A stretch of 64,000 nt of DNA from Heptranchias perlo. Its lineage: Eukaryota. Shown piece after piece: positions 36,543 through 48,759 of the stretch. A model generated the notes under the pieces. It worked only from the letters and a program-made list of their open reading frames with translations, was not told the DNA's origin and ran no database searches. Positions within the stretch are counted from its first letter, which is position 1, and each line of letters begins with the position of its first letter. Position numbers and translations under genes: made by a program. Where the stretch lies: NCBI RefSeq assembly GCF_035084215.1, contig NC_090363.1:2666001-2730000 (forward strand). The letters are read 5' to 3'.

Positions 36543-38649
36543 TGTGTTAATGAAAGTTCCCAGTCTCGAGTGTTTTTTCAAAAAAATTCATTCTGGGGGT
36601 GAGGGCGTCACTCGCCAGGCTGGCAGTTGCCCCTTGAGAAAGCTGGCGGTGGGCCGCCTTCTTGAACCGCTGCAGTCCATTTTGACACAAGTCTGTCAGT
36701 AGCTAGGCCACTTCAGAGGGCAGTTAAGTTGATGTGGGACTGGAGTCACATATAGGCCGAGACCGGGGAAGGACGGCAGGTTTTCTTCCCTAAGTGTAAC
36801 CGACAACATCCCGGCTGTAGTGCTGAAGACATGTGCTCCAGAACTGGCCGCGCCTCTAGCCAAACTGTTCCAGTACAGCGACAACACTGGCATCTACCCG
36901 ACAATGTGGAAAATTGCCCAGGTATGTCCTGTCCACAAAAAGCAGGACAAATCCAATCCGGCCAATTACCGCCCCATCAGTCTACTCTCAATCATCAGTA
37001 AAGTTATGGAAGGTGTCGTCGCTTACCAATAACCTGCCCACCGACTGCAACGGTTCAAGGCAGCGGCTCACCACCACCTTCTCAAGGGCAATTCGGGATG
37101 GGCAATAAATGCCGGCCTCGCCAGCAACGCCCACATCCCATGAACGAATTTTTAAAAAATGTCCCCCCCACTACTCGATTTCCAGTAGTGCAGTATATAT
37201 CGGATTCGGCAAAGTGTAGGAAAGGGAAGGCCGAGGGGTGACCTGATAGAGGTCTTTAAGATTATGAAAGGGTTTGATAGGATAGACGTAAAGAAGATGG
37301 GAGGAATTTAACCCCCCAGGATGGGCGGGAGAAGGTTGGGTGGGAGGGGTGGTTAAATTGTTAATTGGGGCATAGTCTCAGGATAAGGGATCGGCCATTC
37401 AAGACTGAGATGAGGAGGAATTTCTTCATGCAGAGGGTTGTGAATCTTTGGAATTCTCTACCCCAGAGGGCTGTGGATGCTCAGTCATTGAGTATATTCA
37501 AGGCTGAGATCGATAGATTTTTGGACTTTAGGGGAATCAAGGGGTATGGGGATCGGGCAGGAAAGTGAGTTGAGGTCGAAGATCAGTCATGATCCTATTG
37601 AATGGCGGAGCAGGCTCGAGGGGCCGAATGGCCTTCTCCTGCTCCTGTTATAAAAATGTGAAACCCAACCCCAACCCATCGCGAACGTGCCTACTCCTGG
37701 TTTAACCGCGGTGGGTTGGGGTTGTCCGAGTAACTCGCTCTGGGGAGGTGGGTCGGTGATTTTAATATGTTAAAGAGGCTGCGTTCCTCAAACTTTGGCA
37801 GCCATTTAAATTGAATGGCTGCGGGCCGCATTTCCCAGGGCTCGGCAAACACGGCAGCTGAAGGAAGATGAGAGCTGCCAGATCCATCAGGTAAGTGGTT
37901 TTCCAGCACTGTTTGTGGGCCAGGAGGAGCAGAAGTGCATCCCACCCAGCCCCTTAAGCAATCCTGCCACGATCAGCTGCACCCCCTCCCCGTCACAATT
38001 TCCAGCCCCCTCCCCTCGATCTCCAGCCCCCACCCCCTATCTCCAGGCCGACTCCAGCCCCCCGCCCCCAATCTCCAGGCCAACTCCCCTCCCCTCGATC
38101 TCCAGGCACCCCTCCCCCCTCAGCGCCTCTCAATCTGACCGGTTGCTGGGCAGGAAACAGAAAAAAAAATTAAATGAGGTCCTGCCATTAAATTCGACAG
38201 GACCTCCGCGTTCCCGGATTTCCGGGATTCCCAGCCGCTAAAAGTCCCACCTCCCCATAAATATCGGTGCCCATGTTTCCACTTGAGGGGGAGACCAGAA
38301 CTAGGGGCCATAAATATAAGGTAGTCACTGATAAATCCAATAAGGAATTCGGGAGAAACTTCTTCACCCAGAGAGTGGTGAGAATGAGGCGAATAGCGTA
38401 GATGTATTTAAGGGGAAGCTGGATAAACACACGAGGGAGAAAGGAATAGAAGGAAATGCTGATAGGGTGAGATGAAGTAGGGAGGGAGGAGGCTCGTGTG
38501 GAGCATAAACACCAGCATGGACCAGTTGGGCCGAATGGCCTGTTTCTGTGCTGTAAATTCTCTGTAACCTTACCTAGCAACAGGCATGAGAATAGCAAGA
38601 AATAGCTACAGCATGAGAAGCCGTTTCTTTTTATAATATCCTCTAGTAA

Positions 38650-39580
38650 ATCATAGCATCGTACAGCACAGAAGGAGGCCATTCGGCCCATTGTGCCTGT
38701 GCCGGCTCTTTGAAAGAGCTGTTCAATTAGTCCCACTCTCCCTGATCTTTCCCCATAGCCCGGCAAATTTTTCCTTTCCAAGTATTTATCCAATTCGCTT
38801 TTGAAAGTTACAACTGAATCTGCTTCCACCGCCCTTTCAGGCAGCGCATTCCAGATCATAACAACTCGCTGCGTAAAACAAACTCTCATCTCCCCCCTGG
38901 TTCTTTTGCCAATTACCTTAAATCTGTGTCCTCTGGTTACCGACCCTTCTGCCACTGGAAACAATTTCTCCTTATTTACTCCATCAAAACCGATCATAAT
39001 TTTGAACAACTCTATCAAATCTCCCCTTAACCTTCTCTGTTCTAAGGAGAACAACCCCAGCTTCTCCAGTCTCTCCGCATAATTGAACTCCCTCATCCCT
39101 GGTACCATTCTGGTAAATCTCTTCTGCCCTCTCTCTAAGGCCTTGACATCCTTCTTAAAGTGTGGTGCCCAGAATTGGCCACAATACTGCAGCTGAGGCC
39201 TAACTAATGATTTATAGAGCTGTAGCATAACTTCCTTGTTTTTGTATCCTATGCCTGTATTTAAAAAGCCAAGGATCCCATCTGCTTTATTAACAGCCTC
39301 CTCAACCTGTCCTGCCACCATCAAAGATTTGTGTGTGTAAACCCCCAGGTCTCTCTGTTCCTGCACCCTCTTTAAAATTGTACCATTTAGTTTATATTGC
39401 CTCTCCTCATCCTTCCATCACTTCTCACCTCCCTGCGTTAATTGGATCTGCGCCATGTGTCTGCCCTTTTCACCAGTCTGTCTAAGTCCTCCTGAGGTCT
39501 GCTACTATCCTCCTCACCGTTTCACTACATTTCCGAGTTTCGTGTCATCTGCAAACCTTGAAATTACGCCCCCTGTACCC
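38650..39580 (-). mobile_element. CR1-type LINE 3' fragment
   Basis: RDLGVY...LYKSLVRPQLQYC..FWAP...RLRGDLIE. Confidence 0.92.
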
Positions 39581-39675
39581 AATTCCAATTGTTCTTAAAC
39601 GAACTCTACAAAACGTTGTTAAACCATTTCATTGATTTTTTTTTAGAAAAATATAAATAATGATGATATTGATTT

Positions 39676-39956
39676 GTGACATAACGTCACTGTTGCTGTA
39701 TCTTCGACCAGTCACAGCGCAGAATGTTCAGACGTGACCATGATTGTAGTAATTACTGAAACCATAGCAACAGAATCTCCCAACATCATCACAGCTGGAC
39801 AGTGTAATAATCACTGAAACCGTGGCAACGGAATCTGACGTCAGCACAGCTGGACAGTGTAATAATCACGGAAAGCACAGTGATGGAGTTAACTGATGTC
39901 ATTTTCACAGCACTCTACAGATCTAAAGACAGAAAGAAGCTTGACTGGTTCTTGGG
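39676..39956 (+). promoter_or_regulatory. Putative CRE/RFX-type promoter and non-coding first exon
   Basis: Palindromic GTGAC-N5-GTCAC (39676-39690), X-box-like CCATAGCAAC (39762) and CCGTGGCAAC (39820), perfect CRE TGACGTCA (39836-39843), donor GG|GTGAGT at 39956/39957. Confidence 0.5.
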
Positions 39957-41941
39957 GTGAGTTTCACTGAGATTGCGTGAGTCTCGCTAATTTAGAATCG
40001 GATTTTAGCATCTTTCTGACCGTATCCCAAATCTCACAGAAATCTCTTCTTTTATTTCCCGAGTCCCCAGCTTGTGTAGCTTGAGTTACAACTTTTAAAT
40101 ATTCTGTGGTCCGATTTCCACTGAAGAGGAACAAAATTTGTCGGGATTCAACCTTTTTTATGGCGTGGGTACAGTTTCAGTGTGTATATGTAAACCGTGC
40201 GATTTCAGGGCTAGATCTGATAATGACATAGGAACAGGAGTAGGCCATTCAGCCCTTCGAGCCTGTTCCGCCATCCAATTAGACCATGGTCAATCTGTAA
40301 CTTAACTCTATCTACCCACCTTGGTTCCGTAACCCTTAACACCCTTGGCTAACAAAAATCTATCCATCTCAGTCTGGAAAGCTCTGACCCCCAGCATCCA
40401 CGGCCTTTTTGGGGGAGAGAGTTCCAGATTTCCACTCCCCTTTGTGTGAAGAAACGCTTCCTGACATCACCCCTGAACGGCCTGGCTCTAATTTTGAGGT
40501 TATGTCCCGCTTGTTCTGGACTCCCCCCACCAGAGGAAATAGTTTCTCTCAATCTACCCCATCAAATCCTTTAATCATTAAACACCTCAATTAGATCACC
40601 CCTTAATCTTCTATATTCGAGGGAATACAAGCCCAGTCTGTGTAACCTGTCCCCATAATTCAACCCTATTAGCCCCTAAAAAATGAATCCCAAAATCACG
40701 GTTAATGCCAATTAAATCTGGGAATGCCATGTTGGCACACCATAGTTCTGGGATGGCAGTGGCACCTGATTGGCACGGGGAGCACTTAATCCTCTCTCTG
40801 TACTGACGGGCAGTATTGACTTGGATCATGGGTTACCGGCTTATGTACAGGCAGCTGAGCAAAGGGCCATGGGGGAGGAGGCTTTGAGGGACCAACTAAC
40901 AACACAGGCCAACTCCTTATTAGCGTTAGACTTTGTGACGACCCAATGCTTTATTCACTTACTTGGGGTGTCACAAAGCCTTTCACAGCCAAACAATTAC
41001 TTTTGAGAGGCAGTCACCGTTGTAATATAGGCAAACACGGATAACCGGAGGACACCAGATTTTACTAGTCTTGGGGAAATGGGCCTCCATCAAATTAAAA
41101 TTTGAGAAAACAAAAACATTAAAAAAGCTATTAATAAAACACCCAGTGGCCGAAATACTTCAACTCTGCCAATCGATGAGACTGTAACAGTTCAGAGTTT
41201 CTCCAACATCTTTTCCTCGTGTTAACAGCTCAGTAAAGCAGGTTGCAAGGGTTTAGAATTCCCTGTTCCTGAGCTTGGGGCTAATGGATTGCCTGGGTAC
41301 AGCCAATACGGGAAAATGGGACAGGGAAGGAGCAATAGAGCACGCCTGACTTCTTCACCATTAACGGACGGAAACTCAAGTGAATTCCCTCGCCCCTACA
41401 AACTTACCCCCTACGTCTTTTTTCTCTTCGTTGCACCGACTTAACATTGGCCAGGTCTGACCTATTAACCCGCGTTCATGGCCAATTGCTTACTGGGGGA
41501 ATATATCTGAAACCCACCATATTCTCCAGTCAATCTGTAAGACAATATCAACTTGCCTTTAACGTAGTAAAACGTCCCAAGGCGCTTCACAGGAGCGTGA
41601 CCAGACAAAAAAAATTGGCTCTGAGCCAAAGGAGGAGACATTAGGTCAAGTGACCGAAAGCTTGGTCAAAGAGGTAAGTTTTAAGGAACGTCTTAAAAGA
41701 GGAGAGGTGGAGACAGAATATTCAAAACAACTAACATGGAATTCCCTCCCTAAACCTCACCACCTCTCTCTCCTCCTTTAAGATGCTCCTCAAAACCTAC
41801 CTCTTTGACCAAGTCCTAATATCACTTTTATGGTGTCAAAATTTTGTTTGATAACGCCCCTGTGAAGCGCCTTGGGACATTTTACTACGTTAAAGGCACG
41901 ATATAAATGCAACTTCTTGTTATTGTTACAACCTTTCTTTA

Positions 41942-42640
41942 GTTTACCATCGCCGAATCCCCCACCATCAACATCCTGGGGGTCACCATTGACCAGAAAC
42001 TTAACTGGACCAGCCATATAAATACTGTGGCTACGAGAGCAGGTCAGAGGCTGGGTATTCTGTGACTCACCTCCTGACTCCCCAAAGCCTTTCCACCATC
42101 GACAAGGCACAAGTCAGGAGTGTGATGGAATACTCTCCACTTGACTGGATGAGTGCAGCTCCAACAACACTCAAGAAGCTCGACACCATCCAGGACAAAG
42201 CAGCCCGCTTGATTGGCACCTCATCCACCACCCTAAACATTCACTCCCTTCACCACCGGCGCACAGTGGCTGCAGTGTGTACCATCCACAGGATGCACTG
42301 CAGCAACTCGCCAAGGCTTCTACGACAGCACCTCCCAAACCCGCGACCTCGACCACCTAGAAGGACAAGAGCAGCAGGCACATGGGAACAACACCACCTA
42401 CACATTCCCCTCCAAGTCACACACCATCCCGACTTGGAAATATATCGCCGTTCCTTCATCGTCACTGGGTCAAAATCCTGGAACTCCCTTCCTAACAGCA
42501 CTGTGGGAGAACCTTCACCACACGGACTGCAGCGGTTCAAGAAGGCGGCTCACCACAACCTTCTCAAGGGCAATTAGGGATGGGCAATAAATGCCGGCCT
42601 CGCCAGCGACGCCCACATCCCATGAACAAATGAAAAAAAA
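41942..42640 (+). mobile_element. LINE 3' fragment ([23 protein letters not shown] family)
   Basis: High-identity copies at 52706-53632 (-) and 57560-58538 (-); A-rich tail. Confidence 0.88.
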
Positions 42641-42644
42641 TATA

Positions 42645-43650
42645 TTGTAAAAAGCTGAGGCCCAAGCACTGATCCCTGCAGCACCCCACTAGTTACAATC
42701 TGCCAACCCGAAAATTACCCGTTTATTCCTACTTTCTGTTTTCTGTCCATTAACCAATCCTCAAACCATGCTAATATATTACCCCCAATCCCATGAGCCC
42801 TAATCTTGTGTAACAACCTTTTATGTGGCACCTTATCAAATGCTTTTTTTGAAAATCCAAATATACGACATCCACTGGTTCCCTCTTATCTATCTTGCTA
42901 GTTACACCCTCAAAAAACTAATAAATTTATCAAACACGATTTCCCTTTCATAAAACCATGTTGACTCTGCCTAATCATTATGATTTTCTAGGTGCCCTGT
43001 TACCACTTCCTTAATAATAGATTCTAGTGTTTTCACTATTACCGATGTCAGGCTAACTGGCCTGTAGTTCCCTGTTTTCCCTCTCCCTCCTTTCTTGAAT
43101 AGCGGGGTTACATTTGCTACCTTTCAATCCACAGGGACCGTTCTAGAATCTAGAGAATTTTGGAAGATCACAACCAATGCAGCCACTATCTCTGCAGCCA
43201 CCTCTTTTAGAACCCTAGGATGTCGGCCATCAGGTCCAGGGGATTTGTTGGCTTTTAGTCCCAATAATTTCTTCAGTACTTTTTCTTTACTAATCTTAAT
43301 TACTTTAAGTTCCTCACTCTCATTAGCCCCTTGGTTCCCCACTATTTCCAATGTGTTTTTTGTGTCTTCTACTGTTAAGACAGATACAAAATATTTGTTT
43401 AACGTCTCTGCCATTTGCTGATTCCCCATTATAATTTCTCCTGTCTCAGCCCCTAAGGGACCCACATTTACTTTTGCTAATCTCTTCCTTTTTACATGCT
43501 TGTAGAAACTCTTACAATCTGTTTTTATATTTCTTGCTAGTTTACTCTCCTATTCTATTTTCTCCCTTTTTATCAATTTCTTGGTCATCCTTTGCTGATT
43601 TCTAAAACACTCCCAATCCTTAGGCCTACTACTCTTTTTGGTAACTTTTA
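42645..43650 (-). mobile_element. CR1-type LINE ORF2 internal fragment
   Basis: KANKSPGPDGRHPRVLKEVA...IFQNSLDSRTVPVD. Confidence 0.88.
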
Positions 43651-44217
43651 AATAAGAACATAAGAAATAGGAGCAGGAGTAGGCCAATCGGCCCCTCGAG
43701 CCTGCTCCGCCGTTCAATAAGATCATGGCTGATCTGATCCTAACCTCAAATCTAAATTCATGTCCAATTTCCTGCCCGCTCCCCGTAACCCCTAATTCCC
43801 TTTACTTCTAGGAAACCTCTTCTTTTAATCCAATACTATCCTTAACTTCTCTAGTTAATGCTGGTTAGAATATGGAACTCAATACCACAAGGAGTGGTTG
43901 AGGCGAATAGCATAGATGGATTTAAGGGGAAGCTGGATAAACACATGAGGAAGAAAGGAATAGAAGGAAGTGCTGATAGGGTGAGAGGAAGAGGGGAGGG
44001 AGGAGGCTCGTGTGGAGCATAAACGCCGGCATAGACCAGTTGGGCCGAATGGCCTGTTTCTGTGCTGTAGACGCAATGTAACTCGATGGCGTCCACCTTC
44101 CCTCCTCATTGTAAAATTCCCTGAGACATCTTGACGCACGTTAACACAAATGCAGGTTCCTGTTACTGTTGCAAAATTAATTTTGACTCTACTGTTTCAC
44201 TTTCACAGCCTGAAGCA

Positions 44218-44625
44218 ATGAGACGATTAAAGCAGAAGCGAAAGCTTCCGAGGAGACTGTCACGGAGACAATTACCGGTCAAGTTATCCCTCCCAGTCTG
44301 GAGGCTGCCTCTGAGGGGTGCACTCATGAAGCCGTTGCTTCGAATGAGAGGGCAGTTGCCCGTGAAGCCGCTGCTTCCGGCCCGGTGGCTGCAGGTGAAG
44401 GGTTCACGCCTGAAGGCGGATAAGAGGTCAGCACTGATGAAAGTAGAGAAGAGGCTGCCTGGAAGGAATTCACCAGCCAAGGTAGCGAGGAAAGTGCCCG
44501 TGAGGTGTTTCCCTGAGAACAGGTCACTTGCACAGAGGAGGTCAATGTTAAAGAACGTCAGTCAGGAGCCATCAGTCCCGGCAAGGAGATCACCAGCCAG
44601 CATAAATCTACTTTTTGCTTCGTAA
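44218..44625 (+). CDS. Uncharacterised 135-aa highly basic Arg/Lys/Pro/Leu-rich protein (protamine-like or CENP-A-tail-like)
   Basis: Acceptor tttcactttcacag at 44208, ATG in gcaATG context 9 nt into the exon, 408-nt ORF not built from TE or simple repeat, TAA, then AATAAA at 44693. By my count 23 R + 14 K versus 4 D/E. Confidence 0.62.
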   Translation: MRRLKQKRKLPRRLSRRQLPVKLSLPVWRLPLRGALMKPLLRMRGQLPVKPLLPARWLQVKGSRLKADKRSALMKVEKRLPGRNSPAKVARKVPVRCFPENRSLAQRRSMLKNVSQEPSVPARRSPASINLLFAS

Positions 44626-47600
44626 ATAGCAACAAAGCATATGTGGCCTCTATTGCCCCATTAATTCTAATTGTTATTGCATTACACAGAGGAATAAAAG
44701 CTTACAATACACAAAGTTACATGATATTCTGACTAGTTTAACTAGATATATCATAGCATTAATCTTAGCTGCAGAGAGCAACCCCACCTTATAATGCCCA
44801 CTACAGACGCAAGGAAGCATAGGTACTAGAGATTAGGTACGAGGAAGTCCAATAAGGCCATTGATTTTAATCTCCCAAATTTCATTTCTCCAATGAGTTC
44901 AATAATCTTCTTAATTTGGAACCCAAGTCCCGGTTTCACCCTTGCAGCTTTGAAGAAAGACTTTCCATTTGTCTGACGTAGAACAACAACAACAATCTGC
45001 ATTTATATAGCGCCTTTAATGTAGTAAAACGTCCTAAGGCGCTTCACAGGAGCGATTATCAGACAAAACTTGACACCGAGCCGCATAAGGAGATATTAGA
45101 CCAGGTTGGTCAAAAGGGCAGGCTTTAAGGAGCGTCTTAAAGGAAGAGAGAGGGGTAGATGCGGAGAGATTTAGGGAGGGAATTCCATAGATTAGGGCCG
45201 AGACAGCTGAGGGGGCCTTCTCTCTCTGTAGAAACACACCTCAGATATCTAACCCCAGATGATTTAGCTAGAGGTTGGCGAGAACCACGGCTCGCAGGCT
45301 CCCAGGTGATGAAGGCCACTACCAGAATATTAACTGGCTAAAACCATGTCACTTACCACACAGAACCATTGATTTGCTTCCCGGTGTTTGTCCATCTCCA
45401 ACCACTCTACTGGTTTAGGTCATTGACTTGCAGGATTATCTGGAGCCAAGTAGGAAAAAATGGCAGCCCTCCCCTTCCCCATTTATCCTTCCAGGTCCCA
45501 TCAATGAGCCAGTCATTGACAGTTATCTCGGAGTATTACAGATCTACCTGGCTCAGGTATTTGGATGGCTAAATCTGGCCCAGATCATTCACTTGGTTCC
45601 AACCTGGCACCATTGGATGTGTCATCCTGGAGCGAATTCGATCCCAAGGAGACCCTAGGTAGGTTGTAAGATTAATGCCGTCAACACCATTGACCGTTTG
45701 ATTCTTCTCTGTTGCTTCTCCTCCATGGCCTGTCCCTCCTGGCACTACCCTCTGATTCCACGCCTATCTCCCCCAATGCGGGCACTTCTCCTCATTGAAA
45801 GGTATCTGCTCATGGCCAAAGAGTCACCTGAGATGTGCCGCAGAATCCCAGCCTTACATCGAGTTACATCGAAACTACAGCACAGGAACAGGCCATTTGG
45901 CCCAACTGGTCCATGACGGTGTTTATGCTCCACACGAGCCTCCTCCCACCCTACTTCATCTCACCCTACAGCATATCCTTCTATCCCTTTCTCCCTCGTG
46001 TGTTTATCTAGCTTTCCCTTAAATGCATCTATGCTATTCGCCTCAACCACTCCATGTGGTAGCGAGTTCCACATTCTCACCACTCTTTGAGTAAAGAAGT
46101 TTCTCCTGAATTCCCTATTGGATTGATTAGTGACTATTTTATATTTATGACCTCTAGTTTTGATCTCCCCCACCCCATCTCCGTCTACCCCAGCGAACCC
46201 TACCATTATCTTAAAGACTTCTTTCAGGTCACATGGGGTTAGTGTTCACACGTACGATGCTGACATCCAAACTCCACCTCTCTGCCACGACTATTGGCTT
46301 CAAGGCTGTAGTTTGGCAAGAAGAAGAAGTTGCATTTATAAAAGTGCCTTTAGTATCGAAAACATTCCAAGACGTTCTACACACGATGGAGGAAGGATCA
46401 GCAGGAGTAGATGAAGGAAGGAATGGACACCAAGCCATGTGGTTGAGGAGATTAGGAAGGGGGTGCTGAAAGCTTGGTCATGCAGGTGTATTTTTAAGGT
46501 TTTAAAGGCGGGGAGAGAAATGGGAGGGGCAGACGGGTTTAGGAATGTACCTTCAGGGAGAAGGGTTCAGGTGACGGAAGTCTCTGCCACCAATGGTGAG
46601 GTGGGGGAAGGGGAGGGGTTGCCCAGGAGGCCAGAGTTGGAGGACCAAAGTGTGCGGGGGTTTGGGGTGGGGGGAGTTTATAATGCTAGAAGAGATTGCA
46701 GAGATAGGGTAGGATGAGGCCATGGAAGGATTTGAAGTCAAGGGTAAGGAGTTTAAAATGAATATGCTGGGGGCCACAGGGGGTCAATATAGATCAATGA
46801 GCATGGGGATCATGGGCAACTGGGTGGACTCCAAGCAGCTAAGCTTTGGACAAGTTTAGACTCTAGACTATGGAGGATGAAGGCCAGCAAGGGGGACAAT
46901 TGAGAAATCGAGATGACAAAGCATCACCAAGTCTTGGAGGAACCATTGTTTCTTCCATCTCAAAATGGCCAAAACTCAAACCATCTTTTCATTTCTCATC
47001 CTCCCCTCTGTGGTCCAGGCCCCACTTCCATCTGTCTCCCTGGCCACCTGCTTGGGCTGTTCAGAGGGTCTGTAACGTCAGGATCTAGCTTTCCCCTCAG
47101 CTGACCCTTTATACCCCACGTTTGGTCAGTGGCATTTTTCACCTCAAGAGTATTGGCCACTTATGACCCGACCACCGATACCACACCCAATGTCTTTACC
47201 ACATTCAATGGATCCAAGAATTTACGCTCACTTAGATTACACACTCCCTTTATCTCAACTCTTGCCAAGCTTCACTGGTCCCAAAGTACTGATTTCAAAA
47301 CTCCTTGTCCTCATCTTCAAACCCTTCCATAGCCTCATCCCTCTCCAGCTGAGCAATCTCCTCTGACTGTATATCCCAGGATGTACAGCCCCTGTTCTAA
47401 ATCTTCGAATTCAATCTCTTGCATTTAATCTTAGAGCTATGGCCCCCTCGTTTCTTGGCCCCTCAACTTCTGGGTAAAGTCTACTCCCGTCTACCATGTC
47501 CCATCCTTTCACCATTCTGAACCTTTCTATCATATCGCCTCATAATCTGCATCCGTCGGAGGAAGAAGAAGGCCCAGTTTCTGAGGTGATCATCTTTTTT

Positions 47601-47706
47601 AACCACCCTCGTTCTAGTGAAAAGAGCACTAGTTTCTTAGTCACTCTCCGTCGGCTGTGCCTCAGTGGCGAGCACTCACGTCTCTGAGTCAGAAGGTTGT
47701 GGGTTC

Positions 47707-47906
47707 NNNNNNNNNNNNNNNNNNNNNNNNNNNNNNNNNNNNNNNNNNNNNNNNNNNNNNNNNNNNNNNNNNNNNNNNNNNNNNNNNNNNNNNNNNNNNN
47801 NNNNNNNNNNNNNNNNNNNNNNNNNNNNNNNNNNNNNNNNNNNNNNNNNNNNNNNNNNNNNNNNNNNNNNNNNNNNNNNNNNNNNNNNNNNNNNNNNNNN
47901 NNNNNN
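47707..47906. other. N-run (others at 11250-11404, 11721-12173, 16459-16611, 16682-16866)
   Basis: Unresolved or masked sequence; each run adjoins low-complexity repeats. Confidence 0.99.
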
Positions 47907-48759
47907 TCAGGGGATCGGGGGGCCTGGGGGTGGGGTATTGGGGGCCTGGGGATCGGGGGCAGCAGGGGGTGGGGTATTGGGGCCTGGGGGTGGGGTATTG
48001 GGGCCTGGGGGTGGGGTATTGGGGCCTGGGGATCGGGGGCAGCAGGGGGTGGGGTATTAGGGCCTGGGGGTGGGGTAGGTGGGTCTGGGGGTTACATTGG
48101 TTTCACCCCCTGGAGAGAGGAATAACTGGAAAGGAAGTAACACCGTGTGATGATTCGTTCAGTTTGCATTTGACTGACAATTTTTACATTTAAGTTGTGT
48201 GGGAAACTCAAAATCTGGGAACTCCTCATCCCCCTTCCCTGGGATGTGAAAGGAGCCTTTCTGCTGAATGCAGTGATACAATTTTAGAAAATCTAAGAGA
48301 AGGAAGAATTGACCAATTTGAAAGAGGTAGTTTAGATTAGAACATGGTAAGAGATTTATGATTATGAGAAACTGCATAATTTACCGAGGATTAATTCGGG
48401 ACTTAGAATTGCGACCCTTTTTATTATTTTTCACAAGTTAGGTGGAACGATTTCTACTGTCCCTTTGCTCCTTTTAAAGTTTTACCATTTAGTGAAGATG
48501 TCCTTTTATTTTTCCTCCCAAAAATCACAAAACAGCGCAAAGTAAAACAGAAAACAATGTTGTAGCCCTATCTCTGCTCCAAGCTGCCTGGGAGTGTGGG
48601 GTTTTACCCCTAAAAAGATCAAATAACAACTGGACTTCATTGCTCCAAAATTCATACTGTTCCAGTGACAGGAAAGGCTGCTAAAATGTACATTAATAGC
48701 TATTATACCAATAGGACTGAACCAGGACTCAATGTGCAGCTACAAAGACCCGTTAGAAC

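Noticed and set aside
44621-44627. C|GTAAAT as a donor fusing the entire basic ORF to CENP-A
   Set aside because: Phase 2; joining to 52323 or 54497 reaches a stop within a few codons.
47655-47706. tRNA gene (similar sequence at 58780-58845 and 6556-6620)
   Set aside because: Degenerate tRNA-derived SINE heads with no complete cloverleaf.
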